From: an uncultured archaeon | GTDB lineage: Archaea > Aenigmatarchaeota > Aenigmatarchaeia > QMZP01 > QMZT01 | DNA: 64,000 nt | Direction of reading: 5' to 3' | Assembly: GCA_964441265.1 (NCBI GenBank) | Contig: CAYYKJ010000007.1 | Coordinates: forward strand, 1-64,000 | Program-made: the position numbers and the translations under genes | In this document: positions 10,197 to 20,386 of the stretch, piece after piece | How the letters are laid out: every line of letters starts with the position of its first letter | Position numbering within the stretch: the stretch's first letter is position 1 | The notes under the pieces: generated by a model | What the model was told of the DNA's origin: nothing | Database searches by the model: none | Seen by the model: only the letters and a program-made list of their open reading frames with translations

Positions 10197-10402
10197 GGGC
10201 CGGTAGATCAACGGTGCGTTTCAAAAGGGAGCTGACATTTCACCCCACAACGAAACGTTTCGGGGTGTTGTGGGTCAATCGCTCCCGCTGCGTTAAAGAT
10301 CGCTGCCCTTGCAAGGCAGAGGCTTCGGGTTCAAAGCGACCCTTTTGCTCAAAGAAGAAACAGCTGATGCTTGCGGGGGTCGGGAAAATCCCGACCGGTC
10401 CA
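10197..10402 (+). tRNA. tRNA-Ala(TGC) in the 16S-23S spacer with two non-canonical introns (D-loop and T-loop)
   Basis: Acceptor GGGCCGG/CCGGTCC with G3:U70 and A73. D-stem GATC/GATC. Anticodon arm CTGCC-CTTGCAA-GGCAG. T-stem TCGGG/CCCGA with the T-loop TTCAAA...T split by an insertion. Confidence 0.6.
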
Positions 10403-12005
10403 TGAGAAATTGCATGGCGGGTCCGCCGGAGAGCAAATCCGGGCCGGGCTGGCCGCATTCGCGCACGTAAATATTTAAATATATAGTAACATATAATACA
10501 TGCTCTCTGCAGCCGTGCAGGGCTGGGAGGGCCAAATCGAATGCATTGGTTGACTATCAGACTGTTCAGAGTCGGTCACGCCCCGGTGACAGCGGGCTTG
10601 GTTGGCAGGCAGATAGTCGAGGCGACTCGGTATCTATTTTCTGGACAGTTTCGGGAATACCATGCTTGTAATGTTGAAATGAGGCTCGTTACTGCAAATA
10701 ACGGGCTGATTTGAGAAGGATGATGACCACTTTGACGGTCACGTGAGCACCGGCATAGCAGGGCGCGCCTCGGCGGGCCGTGTTACCGGCTGCGATGAAA
10801 GAGTGAACACCATTAGAGTCCTTTGATGATTCCATAGGCGAGTTGTCCCGACCACAAGGGTCTGTTACGCTGCATGGTGGCTGACTTGGCTCGGAAAACG
10901 AAGAGGGACGTGGCAAGCTGCGAAAAGCCCGGGGTAGGTGCAAGCAGCCTTTGAACCCGGGATTTCCTAATGGGACTTCCCAGCATTTGCTATTCGCAAT
11001 AGCGAAGGTTGACGGCCTGGATTGAAACATCTTATTAGGGCCAGGAAGAGAAAGCAATCGCGATTCCCTGAGTAAAGGCGATCGAAAGGGGAACAGGACA
11101 AACCGAATCCCCTATTGAGAGATAGGGGACATGTGGGGTTTGGACCTGCGCTCGGCCCAACTTCCCAACCCGAAGTGACCTGGAACGGTTCACGACAAAG
11201 GGTGAGAGTCCCGTAGGGATAAGGAAGAGGGTTGATATCAGGTATCCGGAGTACCGTTGGTTGGAAATCCAGCGGGAATGCGGGAGACACTAACTCCCAA
11301 TCCTAAACATAATCCGAGTCCGATAGCGTACTAGTACGGTGACGGAAAGTCGAAAAGCATCCTTAACAGGAGCTGAAAAGAGCCTAAAGCCATGTAGTTA
11401 TAGGTTGGTAAGGCACATGCTTGCATGTGTTTTGCCGTCCGTTTTGAAACACGCGGCAAGGAGTTTATCTCCGTGGCGAGGATAACGTGATGGTATCCAT
11501 AGCGAAAGCGAGAACCCCGCAGCTTGCGAGGGGGTCAGGTGTGAAAGCGCCTACAGTCACGGGGATAATACCTGAAGCCGGTCGATCTAGCCCTGGGCAG
11601 GGTGAAGTCTAGCGAAAGCTGGATGGAGGCCCGTTACCGTTGCTGAGATTCAAATCGCTCAGGTGACCTGGGGCTAGGAGTGAAAATGGGGTGACGGCCA
11701 GAATTCATCTGTTTAGGCCGTCGTTCCTTCAACGCTAATCGAGATCGGCAATAGCTGGTTCCTCTCTAAATGTATCTGAGTACAGCCTGGCCGGAGGTAG
11801 AATATGGGGTAAAGATACTGATTGCGTAACCAAGGATCGAAAGGTCCAGTTGTGCTGTCAAACTCAGAATCCATGTTCGCCGTAGAAGGCTGGAGTGGGG
11901 GTGCCGGGGTAAGCTCGGTATCCGAAAGGGAAAGAACCCAGACTGAAGTTAAGGTCCCTAAATGTTGTCTAATCGAAGAAAAGCGTCATCAACCATAAAC
12001 AATAG

Positions 12006-12037
<32 letters not shown>

Positions 12038-12404
12038 CGAGCGAAGGCTTGGATTTATCGGATTAAGCCTTCATTCGAAAGAGAGAGTGTGTAATAACTC
12101 ACCTATCTAGGTTGATGGCCTTGAAAATGGACGGGACTAAGGCAACTACCGATACTTTGGATCACGAAAGTGATAGCGTAGGGAGGTGTCCTGCTGGGGC
12201 AGAAGTTCTTCCGTAAGGGGGAATGGACCTTGCAGGAATAAGAATCTTGCTGATAGTAGCAGCACTAGTGGAGTGAGAATCTCCACCACCTAAAGGGCTA
12301 GGGTTCCTCAGCAACGATTAAAAGCTTGACGCTGAATGGTCAGCGTCGGTTTGTCGAATCAGCTGAGGGTTAGTCGGTCCTAAGGCGTCTCCTAACCGGA
12401 GGAT

Positions 12405-12436
<32 letters not shown>

Positions 12437-13090
12437 CATGGAAGTACGTGCGGCGACGCAAGCCCGGTTCCAGACTTTTCGGGATAGGCTGACCATTTCG
12501 ATGGTTAACCCGTTAAGCCTGCGGAGTACCGTAATGGTGAGAAGCAGGTGAAGCGGGGAATAGCCCGTGTATTCGGGTTTGGCTGAATCCTGGAAACCGT
12601 GAAAATGGAAACGGGAAGGATCTTTCATGTCCGTACCGAGAACCGTTACTGGTGACCCTTGCTGAAAAGGTTAAGGTGTATTAGGTTAAATTACCCTAGG
12701 GAATTCGGCAAATTAGCCCCGAATCTTTGGTATGAGGGGTGCCTAGTCCCTTGGCTCAGCCAAGAAGACTAGGTCGCAGTGACAAGGGGGGTCCGACTGT
12801 TTAACAAATGGGAAGCGCAGATTTAATGATTATCTGTTCTTTTCGTGCTTCAGTCGGAAATCGAACCCTCGGACAGGCCAAGTTAGTATGAAAGGACGTT
12901 TTTACAAATTTCAAACTTTCCGTTCTTCCCAGTTAAAAAACATAGGGGGCTGCTAGTCGGAAACGATTTGTATAGCTCCTGAGGCCTGCCCAGTGCGAGT
13001 GTGTCAAGCTGGACTTCAATCCAGTGAAGCCCTCGTAAACGGCGGCGGTAACTCTGACCGTTGACTTAGGCGGTCACAAAATTTGGCTAT

Positions 13091-13738
13091 ATGCGGGAAC
13101 TCCATAGTATTCCGGGTCCTGAGAAAGGAAAAATCCCGGAAACGATGACGGATAATCCGCAGGAAACTGTTTGCTTCATGGGGGTGGTTACCATGAAGAA
13201 AGTCGAACAAGGGTTTAGTAAACTCTTGAGAAAAAAGCGTTACCTGAGATTTTATATCTTGGGTTTCGTTGATGCCGAAGGTTGTTTTAGTGTGTCATTG
13301 AAGCAACAGAAAACGACGAGATTCGGCTGGGTATTGGATCCGTTATTCCAGGTAACTCAACACAAAAATAACAGGATTGTACTCGAAAAGATAAAAGGAG
13401 AATTGGGTTGCGGAAGGATAATTGATAAACCCGGTCAAAAAGATACACTGATATATTTGGTTGATAACCGAAGACAACTGAACGAGAAAATAATTCCCTT
13501 CTTTGAAAAGTACAGGCTTGTTTCGAAGGACAGTGATTTCCAGAAATTCAAGAGAATCGTCAGAGGACTTGAAAAAAAGGAACACGGCGAATTGGAATCT
13601 TTCTTGAAACTGATCAAAAAAGCCTTCGAAATGAATCTGGGAGGGAAACAAAGAAGATACAAACTCGAAGAAGTCTTGAAAAAATTGGGAAGCAGACAGA
13701 ATCCCCAGAGGCCATACGCCAGACACTCAAGTGAGTGA
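13091..13738 (+). CDS. LAGLIDADG homing endonuclease (single-motif) in 23S intron
   Basis: ILGFVDAEGCF motif; the ORF lies inside a 23S insertion. The true start may be an internal Met. Confidence 0.75.
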   Translation: MRELHSIPGPEKGKIPETMTDNPQETVCFMGVVTMKKVEQGFSKLLRKKRYLRFYILGFVDAEGCFSVSLKQQKTTRFGWVLDPLFQVTQHKNNRIVLEKIKGELGCGRIIDKPGQKDTLIYLVDNRRQLNEKIIPFFEKYRLVSKDSDFQKFKRIVRGLEKKEHGELESFLKLIKKAFEMNLGGKQRRYKLEEVLKKLGSRQNPQRPYARHSSE

Positions 13739-14398
13739 AGATATGGTCCGACTCTTACAGTAATGTAAGTAAGTTGCTTAAGGTAGCGTAGTCCCTTGCC
13801 GATTAATTGTCGGCCTGCATCAAGGGCTTAACGAGATCCCCGCTGTCCTGGGGTAATGCCTAGTGAAATTAATTGTCCAGTGCATATTCTGGAGACCTTC
13901 AGTGGGACGAGAAGACCCCATTGAGCTTTACTGCAGTCTACTGCTGTGATATGATAATGGTTGCACAGTGTAGGTGGGAGCGTCGAACCCGCGTCTTTGG
14001 GTGCGGGGAATGCGACAATGTAACACCACCCTACCGTTCTCATATTGCTTATCCTTCGGGAGACACCAGTTGATGGGCAGTTTGGCTGGGGCGGTACGCC
14101 TCTGATAAGGGATCAGAGGTGCCCTAAGTTCGGCTCATTCCGGTCAGAAATCGGAATTAGAGTGCAAGAGCAAAAGCCGGACTGATAGGATTCTGCAAAG
14201 TGAGGAATCCTAACGCGAAAGCGTGGTCTAGCGATCCGCTGTGTCTTTATTAGATGAAAGCCAGCTCTGACAGAAAAGTTACCATGGGGATAATCAACCA
14301 GAGAGTTGATAGGTTTTGAAAGCCATGTCAGGGGATATCTTTTCCTTTCTGTATTTTGAGACGAAAGTAAGATAAATCCCATTAATGAAATAATAAGC

Positions 14399-14953
14399 AT
14401 GGATTTGATTGAAAAGGGATTCGTTTTCGGTGCCAGCGAAGACGGAACTGTTTACCATAGACCTTCAAGAAATCAATATAACATAGAAATCGAGCAGAAA
14501 GTTCAAAAATGGCTTGAGATTGTGAAGAAAGCAGTGCAGAAAACATATAACAAAAACGTGAGGATAGCAAGGACTTCTAAAGGTTATTTCAGGTTGCTTG
14601 TTTATTCCAAAAAACTGCATAATGATCTCAAATCTTTCAGAAAGGATTATTCGAAAATCCTAACCGAAAACAAAGACTTCCAGACCGGCTTCCTTCGCGG
14701 ATTTTTTGATGCGGAGGGAACGGTCCACAACAAAAGATATTCGATTAGGGTGGCATCGAAGAATAAGCAAACAATCCTTGTAATCAAGAAAATGCTTAAT
14801 AAATTCAATATTAAAACCGGTAAAATTCATGCCGATAAGACGGCATATGTTTTGCCTCTGTACGGAAAAGATAATCTAGAAAGATTCGATTCCGTTGTCA
14901 GTTTTAGACATGAAGAAAAGAAAGAAAGACTTTCAAAACTTCTCTCTGGTTGA
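14399..14953 (+). CDS. LAGLIDADG homing endonuclease (single-motif) in 23S intron
   Basis: LRGFFDAEGTV motif; inserted after GGGGATAA in 23S domain V. Confidence 0.75.
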   Translation: MDLIEKGFVFGASEDGTVYHRPSRNQYNIEIEQKVQKWLEIVKKAVQKTYNKNVRIARTSKGYFRLLVYSKKLHNDLKSFRKDYSKILTENKDFQTGFLRGFFDAEGTVHNKRYSIRVASKNKQTILVIKKMLNKFNIKTGKIHADKTAYVLPLYGKDNLERFDSVVSFRHEEKKERLSKLLSG

Positions 14954-15525
14954 TCCCGAAAATGGAGTCGTGACGCGTGAGAGTCCATAGCGTCATAACT
15001 TGGTTAACTTTCTAAAAGGTCTTTGATTTCCAAGTTAGACATGGATATATCGACCGCGTTCGTTGCTTCTCCGCCGTCGGCTCGGCTCTTCCTGGACGTG
15101 CAGCAGCGTCCAAGGGTGGGGGTGTTCACCCATCAAAGAGCCACGTTAGCTGGGTTAAATACGGTGCGAGCCAGTATGGTCTATATCTACTGAAGGTGTC
15201 GGGAACCTGAGGGGAAGAAGCACTCAGTACGAAAGGAACAGTGCATCGTGGCCTCTGGTGTACCAGTTGTGTATACATCGCTGGGTAGCTATGCCATTGT
15301 GGATAAGGGCTGAAAGCATCTAAGCTCGAAGCCGCTCCCGAAAATAGGTTCCCACTCCTCAAACTGATTGGCAACAACCGGTGCGAGGGAAAGGATCCGG
15401 TATACGACCGGGTTGATAGAATCGGGGTGTAAGTACCGAGGCAACGAGGTATTCAGCCTACGATCACTAATACTCCAAATGGCCCTGGTTAAAGGGACAA
15501 CTCGCCGCTATTATTTTTTTATCAT

Positions 15526-15786
15526 TTGCCCCGCTTAGCCACAGCTTTAATCTATTTAAGTTTCCGGCAAGAAATATTCATCATGATAGAGCTAAAAAAG
15601 AACCAGTGGTTCTCGATCGTTCTGTTCCTGATGGTGATATACGAGGTGATCTTCGGGTTCACCATGAACATGACCGGTTCCACCTACTTCCAGATGAACC
15701 AGCTGTACATATGGGTATTGTTCCTCATAGTGGTGACCCTCACCCTCTCGTTCTACTTCTGGAGCAGGGAATCGAGACTTTACTAG
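15526..15786 (+). CDS. hypothetical small membrane protein
   Basis: Two hydrophobic helices; weak support. Confidence 0.3.
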   Translation: MPRLATALIYLSFRQEIFIMIELKKNQWFSIVLFLMVIYEVIFGFTMNMTGSTYFQMNQLYIWVLFLIVVTLTLSFYFWSRESRLY

Positions 15787-15857
15787 ATCCCTTCTTTTCT
15801 CTTTTATTTCACTGGCAAAGGTAGTTCTGACTATGCCCCTTTGTATTTTTGTGGAAT

Positions 15858-16115
15858 TCAACAATTACTGTAGGAAAAAATATCTGAATGACCGCATTCA
15901 GGGCATTTCAATTTTTTGATCTTTTCAAATCCCCCGTGGAGACGGAATAATTTCTCTTTGTATTTCGCACCACATTCGCCGCAATTGACAACGGCTACCG
16001 GTTTTCCTATATCTAATGGATTATAAGAGTGCCTTATTATGATATTTGATTTACTTTTAGTTGTGCTGATATCATCTATGTGTATATTTTTCATCTTTGT
16101 TTTTATGTCAGACAT
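15858..16115 (-). CDS. zinc-ribbon protein
   Basis: CGECG…CPECG pair of CxxC motifs. Confidence 0.45.
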   Translation of the reverse strand: MSDIKTKMKNIHIDDISTTKSKSNIIIRHSYNPLDIGKPVAVVNCGECGAKYKEKLFRLHGGFEKIKKLKCPECGHSDIFSYSNC

Positions 16116-16149
16116 GTTTTATGATAAAATTTGTTGTCATTTAAGTCTT

Positions 16150-16440
16150 TATCCTAGAAAAATTCAGTTTGCCCGCTGACCGAAAAACAGTCATGGGAAG
16201 GCGCGGATGCCCGGTTTAGGGGGTTGCTTATGGGGTGAACATGCCAGCAATCTTCAGGCGGACCTCGAAAGTCCGTTGCCGGGCATCCGCTAACCCCGGA
16301 GGTTCGTTGTGACCCCCGGAGCTTCCAAGTGATGATTGTATGGAGTTTAAATATGTATTGCGAAGCCCTGGTATGGACGAGTGATTCATAAGGTATTTAA
16401 ACCCCTTCCCGGAGGCCGGTTTTTTCCAGAACCGCAGGTT
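16150..16440. ncRNA. candidate structured RNA (GC-rich, long complementary arms; identity unresolved)
   Basis: GCGGATGCCCGG…CCGGGCATCCGC inverted repeat; GGGGG/CCCC pairings; GAAA-loop hairpin GGACCUCGAAAGUCC. The overlapping minus-strand ORF looks non-coding. Confidence 0.3.
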
Positions 16441-16458
16441 CATAAGATTTAAAAGAAT

Positions 16459-17133
16459 TTGGAGTTTAGAGTAATTATGCACGTGATATTTTCCCCCATG
16501 TGGTTCATGGGCATAGATTCGATATTCGAAATCATGTCAGCGATAATCGCCATACTGGTGGGGTTCTATTCGTTCAAGATATACAGAGCCACCCGCAGGA
16601 AGGAATTCAAGTTCCTTTTCCTCGCCTTTGCGCTGCTGTTCTTCGCCTTCATAGCGAGATCGGTGACCGACCTGGCGGCGTATAATCTTTTCCTGGAGAG
16701 GATTCCGACCATATCCAGGATAGTCAGCGTCCAGTACGTGTATTTCGTCGGAATATACTTCTACCAGATGCTCACTCTTTTCGCCTATCTTACCCTGGCG
16801 GTGCTTTCTCTGAAGGTGAGGAGCAGGAGGACGATCTCGCTCCTTATCCTGTTTGTGGTCTTCTCGTCATTCACCACGCTGATAAACTATTCAATGTTCC
16901 ACCTGGTCTCGGCGGTGCTCTTGTCCTACGTGGTGCTGCATTTCTATGAGAACTGCAGGGAGAGGTCATGCACGAATTCACATCTTGTGTTCGTCTCCTT
17001 CCTGCTGATACTCTGCTCCCAGGTGGTTTTCATAATGATATTCCATTCGTTGTTCTACGTCTTCGGGCACTTCCTGCAGTTCGCGGGATATCTCGTGCTT
17101 CTGATAAATCTTTTGCTGGTGCATAGGTCATGA
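16459..17133 (+). CDS. polytopic membrane protein, unknown function
   Basis: About 6-7 hydrophobic helices. Its stop overlaps the start of the next gene. Confidence 0.5.
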   Translation: MEFRVIMHVIFSPMWFMGIDSIFEIMSAIIAILVGFYSFKIYRATRRKEFKFLFLAFALLFFAFIARSVTDLAAYNLFLERIPTISRIVSVQYVYFVGIYFYQMLTLFAYLTLAVLSLKVRSRRTISLLILFVVFSSFTTLINYSMFHLVSAVLLSYVVLHFYENCRERSCTNSHLVFVSFLLILCSQVVFIMIFHSLFYVFGHFLQFAGYLVLLINLLLVHRS

Positions 17134-17405
17134 AAAAGAGGAGGGACAAGGGGGAGATAGTTTACGACATGCTGTCTGCCTTGTGGGAGAGCAGGAGAGG
17201 CCTCAAGCCGACCCACCTCATATACAAGTCCAACATATCCTACGTCCGTCTCAAGAGGCACGTTAAGGAACTACTGGAAAAGGGAATGGTCAAAGAGGGG
17301 ACCGGAGAGGGCGGACACAAGGTCTATAAGATCACAGATAAGGGAATCAAATTCATCAGGGAATACGACAGGATGAAGAGGTTCATGGATTCGTTCGGAC
17401 TTTGA
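17130..17405 (+). CDS. small winged-helix DNA-binding protein
   Basis: 91 aa and basic, with a wHTH-like pattern. Translationally coupled to the upstream membrane protein (ATGA overlap). Confidence 0.5.
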   Translation: MKKRRDKGEIVYDMLSALWESRRGLKPTHLIYKSNISYVRLKRHVKELLEKGMVKEGTGEGGHKVYKITDKGIKFIREYDRMKRFMDSFGL

Positions 17406-17744
17406 TCTATTAATGCTTTTTGATGAATTGAGTTTGCGGGAAGAACTAAATGCGCGGCTGGAATTTATTGCATGTGGGATTCTCGCGCGTTTTTAAGCGA
17501 TTGCGATACATTTCCGATGTTAAAAAATCATGGCCAATCTGTATAGTCAAGTTATTTGGAACGTTTAAGCTGATGTACACCTCATTCGGGCCAAGGCCAT
17601 GTTCTTCCCCTCCTGGCGACTTGAAGAAATATTCACCCATTTTCGTCATTGTATGTTATTGGTTGTTTGGTTTTTTATTCGCTTCATATTAACTCGCCTT
17701 TTGGATACAGATACTTTTATAAATCTTTTTATAGAAGGGATAAT

Positions 17745-18115
17745 CAAGTTGAGCTGGGTAGATAGCTCCCCGGCCGTTCAGAGGGCTGTTCAGCCCCGAA
17801 CAGAGGCCGGGAGGAAGCTCCATTCACCCATACAAGGTAATGCCGGAAGGCATGGGCCGGGAGGCCCCCACAGGACACAGAAAAGACCGGCGCGGCAGAG
17901 CCATGATGCTTACGGTAGAACGGTTAAACCTGTTCTGATCCGGGCTGAGCGGGGAGGCCGATGCCGGGTGAAATAATCCGTGGTGCCGGGTGCAAGCCGG
18001 CTAAAAGCGGGCCGGACAGCAGGTCGTTCAACCGTCTAGACCGACTGGCCAGAGGCGCTCAGAAAAATGCTATCACCCCGTCCAGGGTTAGATGTTTGGT
18101 CCCTGCGGGATGACA
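17745..18115. ncRNA. candidate structured RNA (GC-rich island in AT-rich intergenic; RNase P RNA- or SRP RNA-like motifs but not assignable)
   Basis: Nested stems (GAGCT…AGCTC, CCGGCC…GGCCGG, CTGTTC…GAACAG) and an AUGCC-GGAA-GGCAU tetraloop hairpin. Motifs GGAAGCUCCAU, ACAGAAAAGACCGGC and GGGUGAAAU are present. No plausible ORF. Confidence 0.35.
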
Positions 18116-18176
18116 AAAAATGGGCTATTCCCAGCACAACTATTTCCTTTTTAAGATTTGATTTCGAGTTTTTATC

Positions 18177-19430
18177 ATGCAGCCGGAATACGGTTTCCAG
18201 GACTTCGAGATTGAACTGGAGGACATCCAGATAACCAAGACCAAGACCTTCGTCAGGGGTTTTGAGCCCACGGAAGGGGGATCGATCGCGTCCTCCCCGA
18301 AATTCTGGAAGGGTCTTGTTCATTTCGGGTCTTTCGACACGAACTGCTATGCCCTGACCCCTGACGGGGAGGAGGTTTGGAGGACCAAGCTGGGAGGCAT
18401 GGTCACCTGGGTGAATCCGGCTTTCTGGAACGGTTTCGTGATGTACGGGGCGTACGACAACAAATTCTACGCCCTCGACTCCATGACGGGGAAGATAATC
18501 TGGGAATTCCAGACAGGCGGTAAGATCGCCATGCAGGGATACGTTTCCGGCGACGTCGTTTACGTGGGGAGTTCGGACGGTTATGTCTATGCTCTGAGGA
18601 CATCTGACGGAAAGGAGCTCTGGAGGTTCAGGACAGGCGGGAAGGTGGCCACTCCACCGAGCGTCTACGGAGGCAGGGTATATTTCGGATCCTTCGACCA
18701 TAACATGTACTGCCTCTCCGAGGAGGGGAAGGAACTATGGCGGTTCAAGACCGGGGACGAGCTCCTGGCCGACAATCCCTATGAGGTTTACGACGGTGTC
18801 CTTTATTTCTCTTCCCTGGACTCCTACCTGTACGCGGTGGATGCGGAGACCGGCCGGCTCAAGTGGAAGTTCAAGACGGGGAAATACGGAAACACCTGCG
18901 CTCCCGTGCTCCACAGGGACAGGATATATCACGGCTGCAGGGACGGTATAGTCTACTGCCTTACCAGGGATGGGAAGGAGCTCTGGAGGTTCCAGGCGGA
19001 GAACCTGGTCGTCCAGGTGGGTATACACCGCGACAGGCTCTATTTCGGCGACGAGAGCGGGAACTTCTACTGCCTTTCCCTGGAAGGCAAGGAATTATGG
19101 AGATTCAAGACATCCGGGGCCGTGTTCACCGATCCATTATTCCACGAAGACCGGGTATGCATAGGATCTTTCGACTGCCACCTCTACTGCCTCTCCCTGG
19201 AAGGAAAGGAGCTCTGGAGGTTCCAGACCAGTTCGACGACCATGTCGGACATAGGGGAGCCCTACGAGATGTACGAGGCCGTGGTCTCCCAGGAGTCCGT
19301 GGACGAGGAAGGGTCCGGTGAAGAGGATAGCTATTCCGTCAACCTCTCCGGCGGAGGAATGGACGAATACGACGTGAAGAGCCAGTACGTGACCAAATCG
19401 GAATACGCCACCAAGAGCGAATACGCCTGA
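18177..19430 (+). CDS. PQQ-like beta-propeller repeat protein (paralog family; C-terminal YVTKSEYATKSEYA tail)
   Basis: Repeated 'YCL/YAL(D)..G.ELWRF.T' blades, an acidic N-terminus QPEYGFQDFEIE and a TKSEY-repeat C-terminus. Confidence 0.75.
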   Translation: MQPEYGFQDFEIELEDIQITKTKTFVRGFEPTEGGSIASSPKFWKGLVHFGSFDTNCYALTPDGEEVWRTKLGGMVTWVNPAFWNGFVMYGAYDNKFYALDSMTGKIIWEFQTGGKIAMQGYVSGDVVYVGSSDGYVYALRTSDGKELWRFRTGGKVATPPSVYGGRVYFGSFDHNMYCLSEEGKELWRFKTGDELLADNPYEVYDGVLYFSSLDSYLYAVDAETGRLKWKFKTGKYGNTCAPVLHRDRIYHGCRDGIVYCLTRDGKELWRFQAENLVVQVGIHRDRLYFGDESGNFYCLSLEGKELWRFKTSGAVFTDPLFHEDRVCIGSFDCHLYCLSLEGKELWRFQTSSTTMSDIGEPYEMYEAVVSQESVDEEGSGEEDSYSVNLSGGGMDEYDVKSQYVTKSEYATKSEYA

Positions 19431-19479
19431 AAAACGCTTTTAAACCTTCCCTGTTCTAAATATTATACGAGTGATCACG

Positions 19480-19641
19480 ATGGCCAAGAAGAACAAGACA
19501 TTCATGCCCCAGAGCACGGCGGGGCTCATCAGGTATTTCGAGCAGTCAGAGGAATCGATCAAGCTCAGGCCGGAGCACATCGTGGGCATATGCGTCGTGA
19601 TAATAATCGTTGAGATTATGCTCAAGTTCGTGTTCATTTGA
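19480..19641 (+). CDS. secG: preprotein translocase subunit Sec61beta/SecG (53 aa; absent from ORF track)
   Basis: MAKKNKTFMPQSTAGLIRYFEQSEESIKLRPEHIVGICVVIIIVEIMLKFVFI; the GLxRYF(E/D) motif plus a C-terminal TM. Confidence 0.7.
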   Translation: MAKKNKTFMPQSTAGLIRYFEQSEESIKLRPEHIVGICVVIIIVEIMLKFVFI

Positions 19642-19732
19642 TATTCACTATCTTTGAGTCATTTCTATAAAAAATATTTTTTTATAAGGACGTTCATATC
19701 TTTTTAAATCCTTTTGCGGCCAAGATATTATC

Positions 19733-20386
19733 ATGAGTTTGCCCGGATTCCGTAAGATAGAAGACGGGATAACCATGGTGAGCCTTTCCGGCATTGATTC
19801 CAACATCTATCTGATCGGGAAGGACACCCTGGTCGACACGGGCACTGGTTTCAACTTCGTCCGGCTTTATGATCTCTTCAAGAAGATGGGAGAGGATTTC
19901 GACAACATAAAGACCATAATAAACACCCACATGCATTTCGATCACGTGGGCGGCAACAAGTTCTTCGACAATGCGAAGGTGCTCATACACAGCCTTGATT
20001 CCGCCCCTCTGGAGAAGGGGGACGACGAGCACACCTGCGCGGGATTTTTCAACGGGGAGATGAAGCCTGTGGAGGTGCATCAGAAGCTCAAGGACGGGGA
20101 AAGGGTCGCCGGATTACGGGTGATCCATACTCCCGGGCACACCCCGGGCTCCGTATGCCTCTACGACGAGAAGAAGAAGATACTGTTCTCTGGGGACACC
20201 ATCTTCGCGGAGGGCGTGGGCAGGACGGATCTCCCGGGCGGCAGCGAGCAGGACCTTGAGAAGTCGCTTGAAAAACTCTCGGAACTGAAGACAGAGAAGA
20301 TACTCTGCGGGCATGGGGAGCCCATACTAAAAGACGGCAAGGACGTTCTCAAGAAGGTATTCGAGAACGTCTCGGACATACATTAG
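19733..20386 (+). CDS. metallo-beta-lactamase fold hydrolase
   Basis: HMHFDHVGG motif, downstream His/Asp ligands, IHTPGHTPGS. Confidence 0.8.
   Translation: MSLPGFRKIEDGITMVSLSGIDSNIYLIGKDTLVDTGTGFNFVRLYDLFKKMGEDFDNIKTIINTHMHFDHVGGNKFFDNAKVLIHSLDSAPLEKGDDEHTCAGFFNGEMKPVEVHQKLKDGERVAGLRVIHTPGHTPGSVCLYDEKKKILFSGDTIFAEGVGRTDLPGGSEQDLEKSLEKLSELKTEKILCGHGEPILKDGKDVLKKVFENVSDIH

Noticed and set aside
18036-18701. 221-aa minus-strand ORF antisense to the propeller gene
   Set aside because: Pro/Arg/Gly-rich, with no motifs; the plus-strand propeller repeats are unambiguous.
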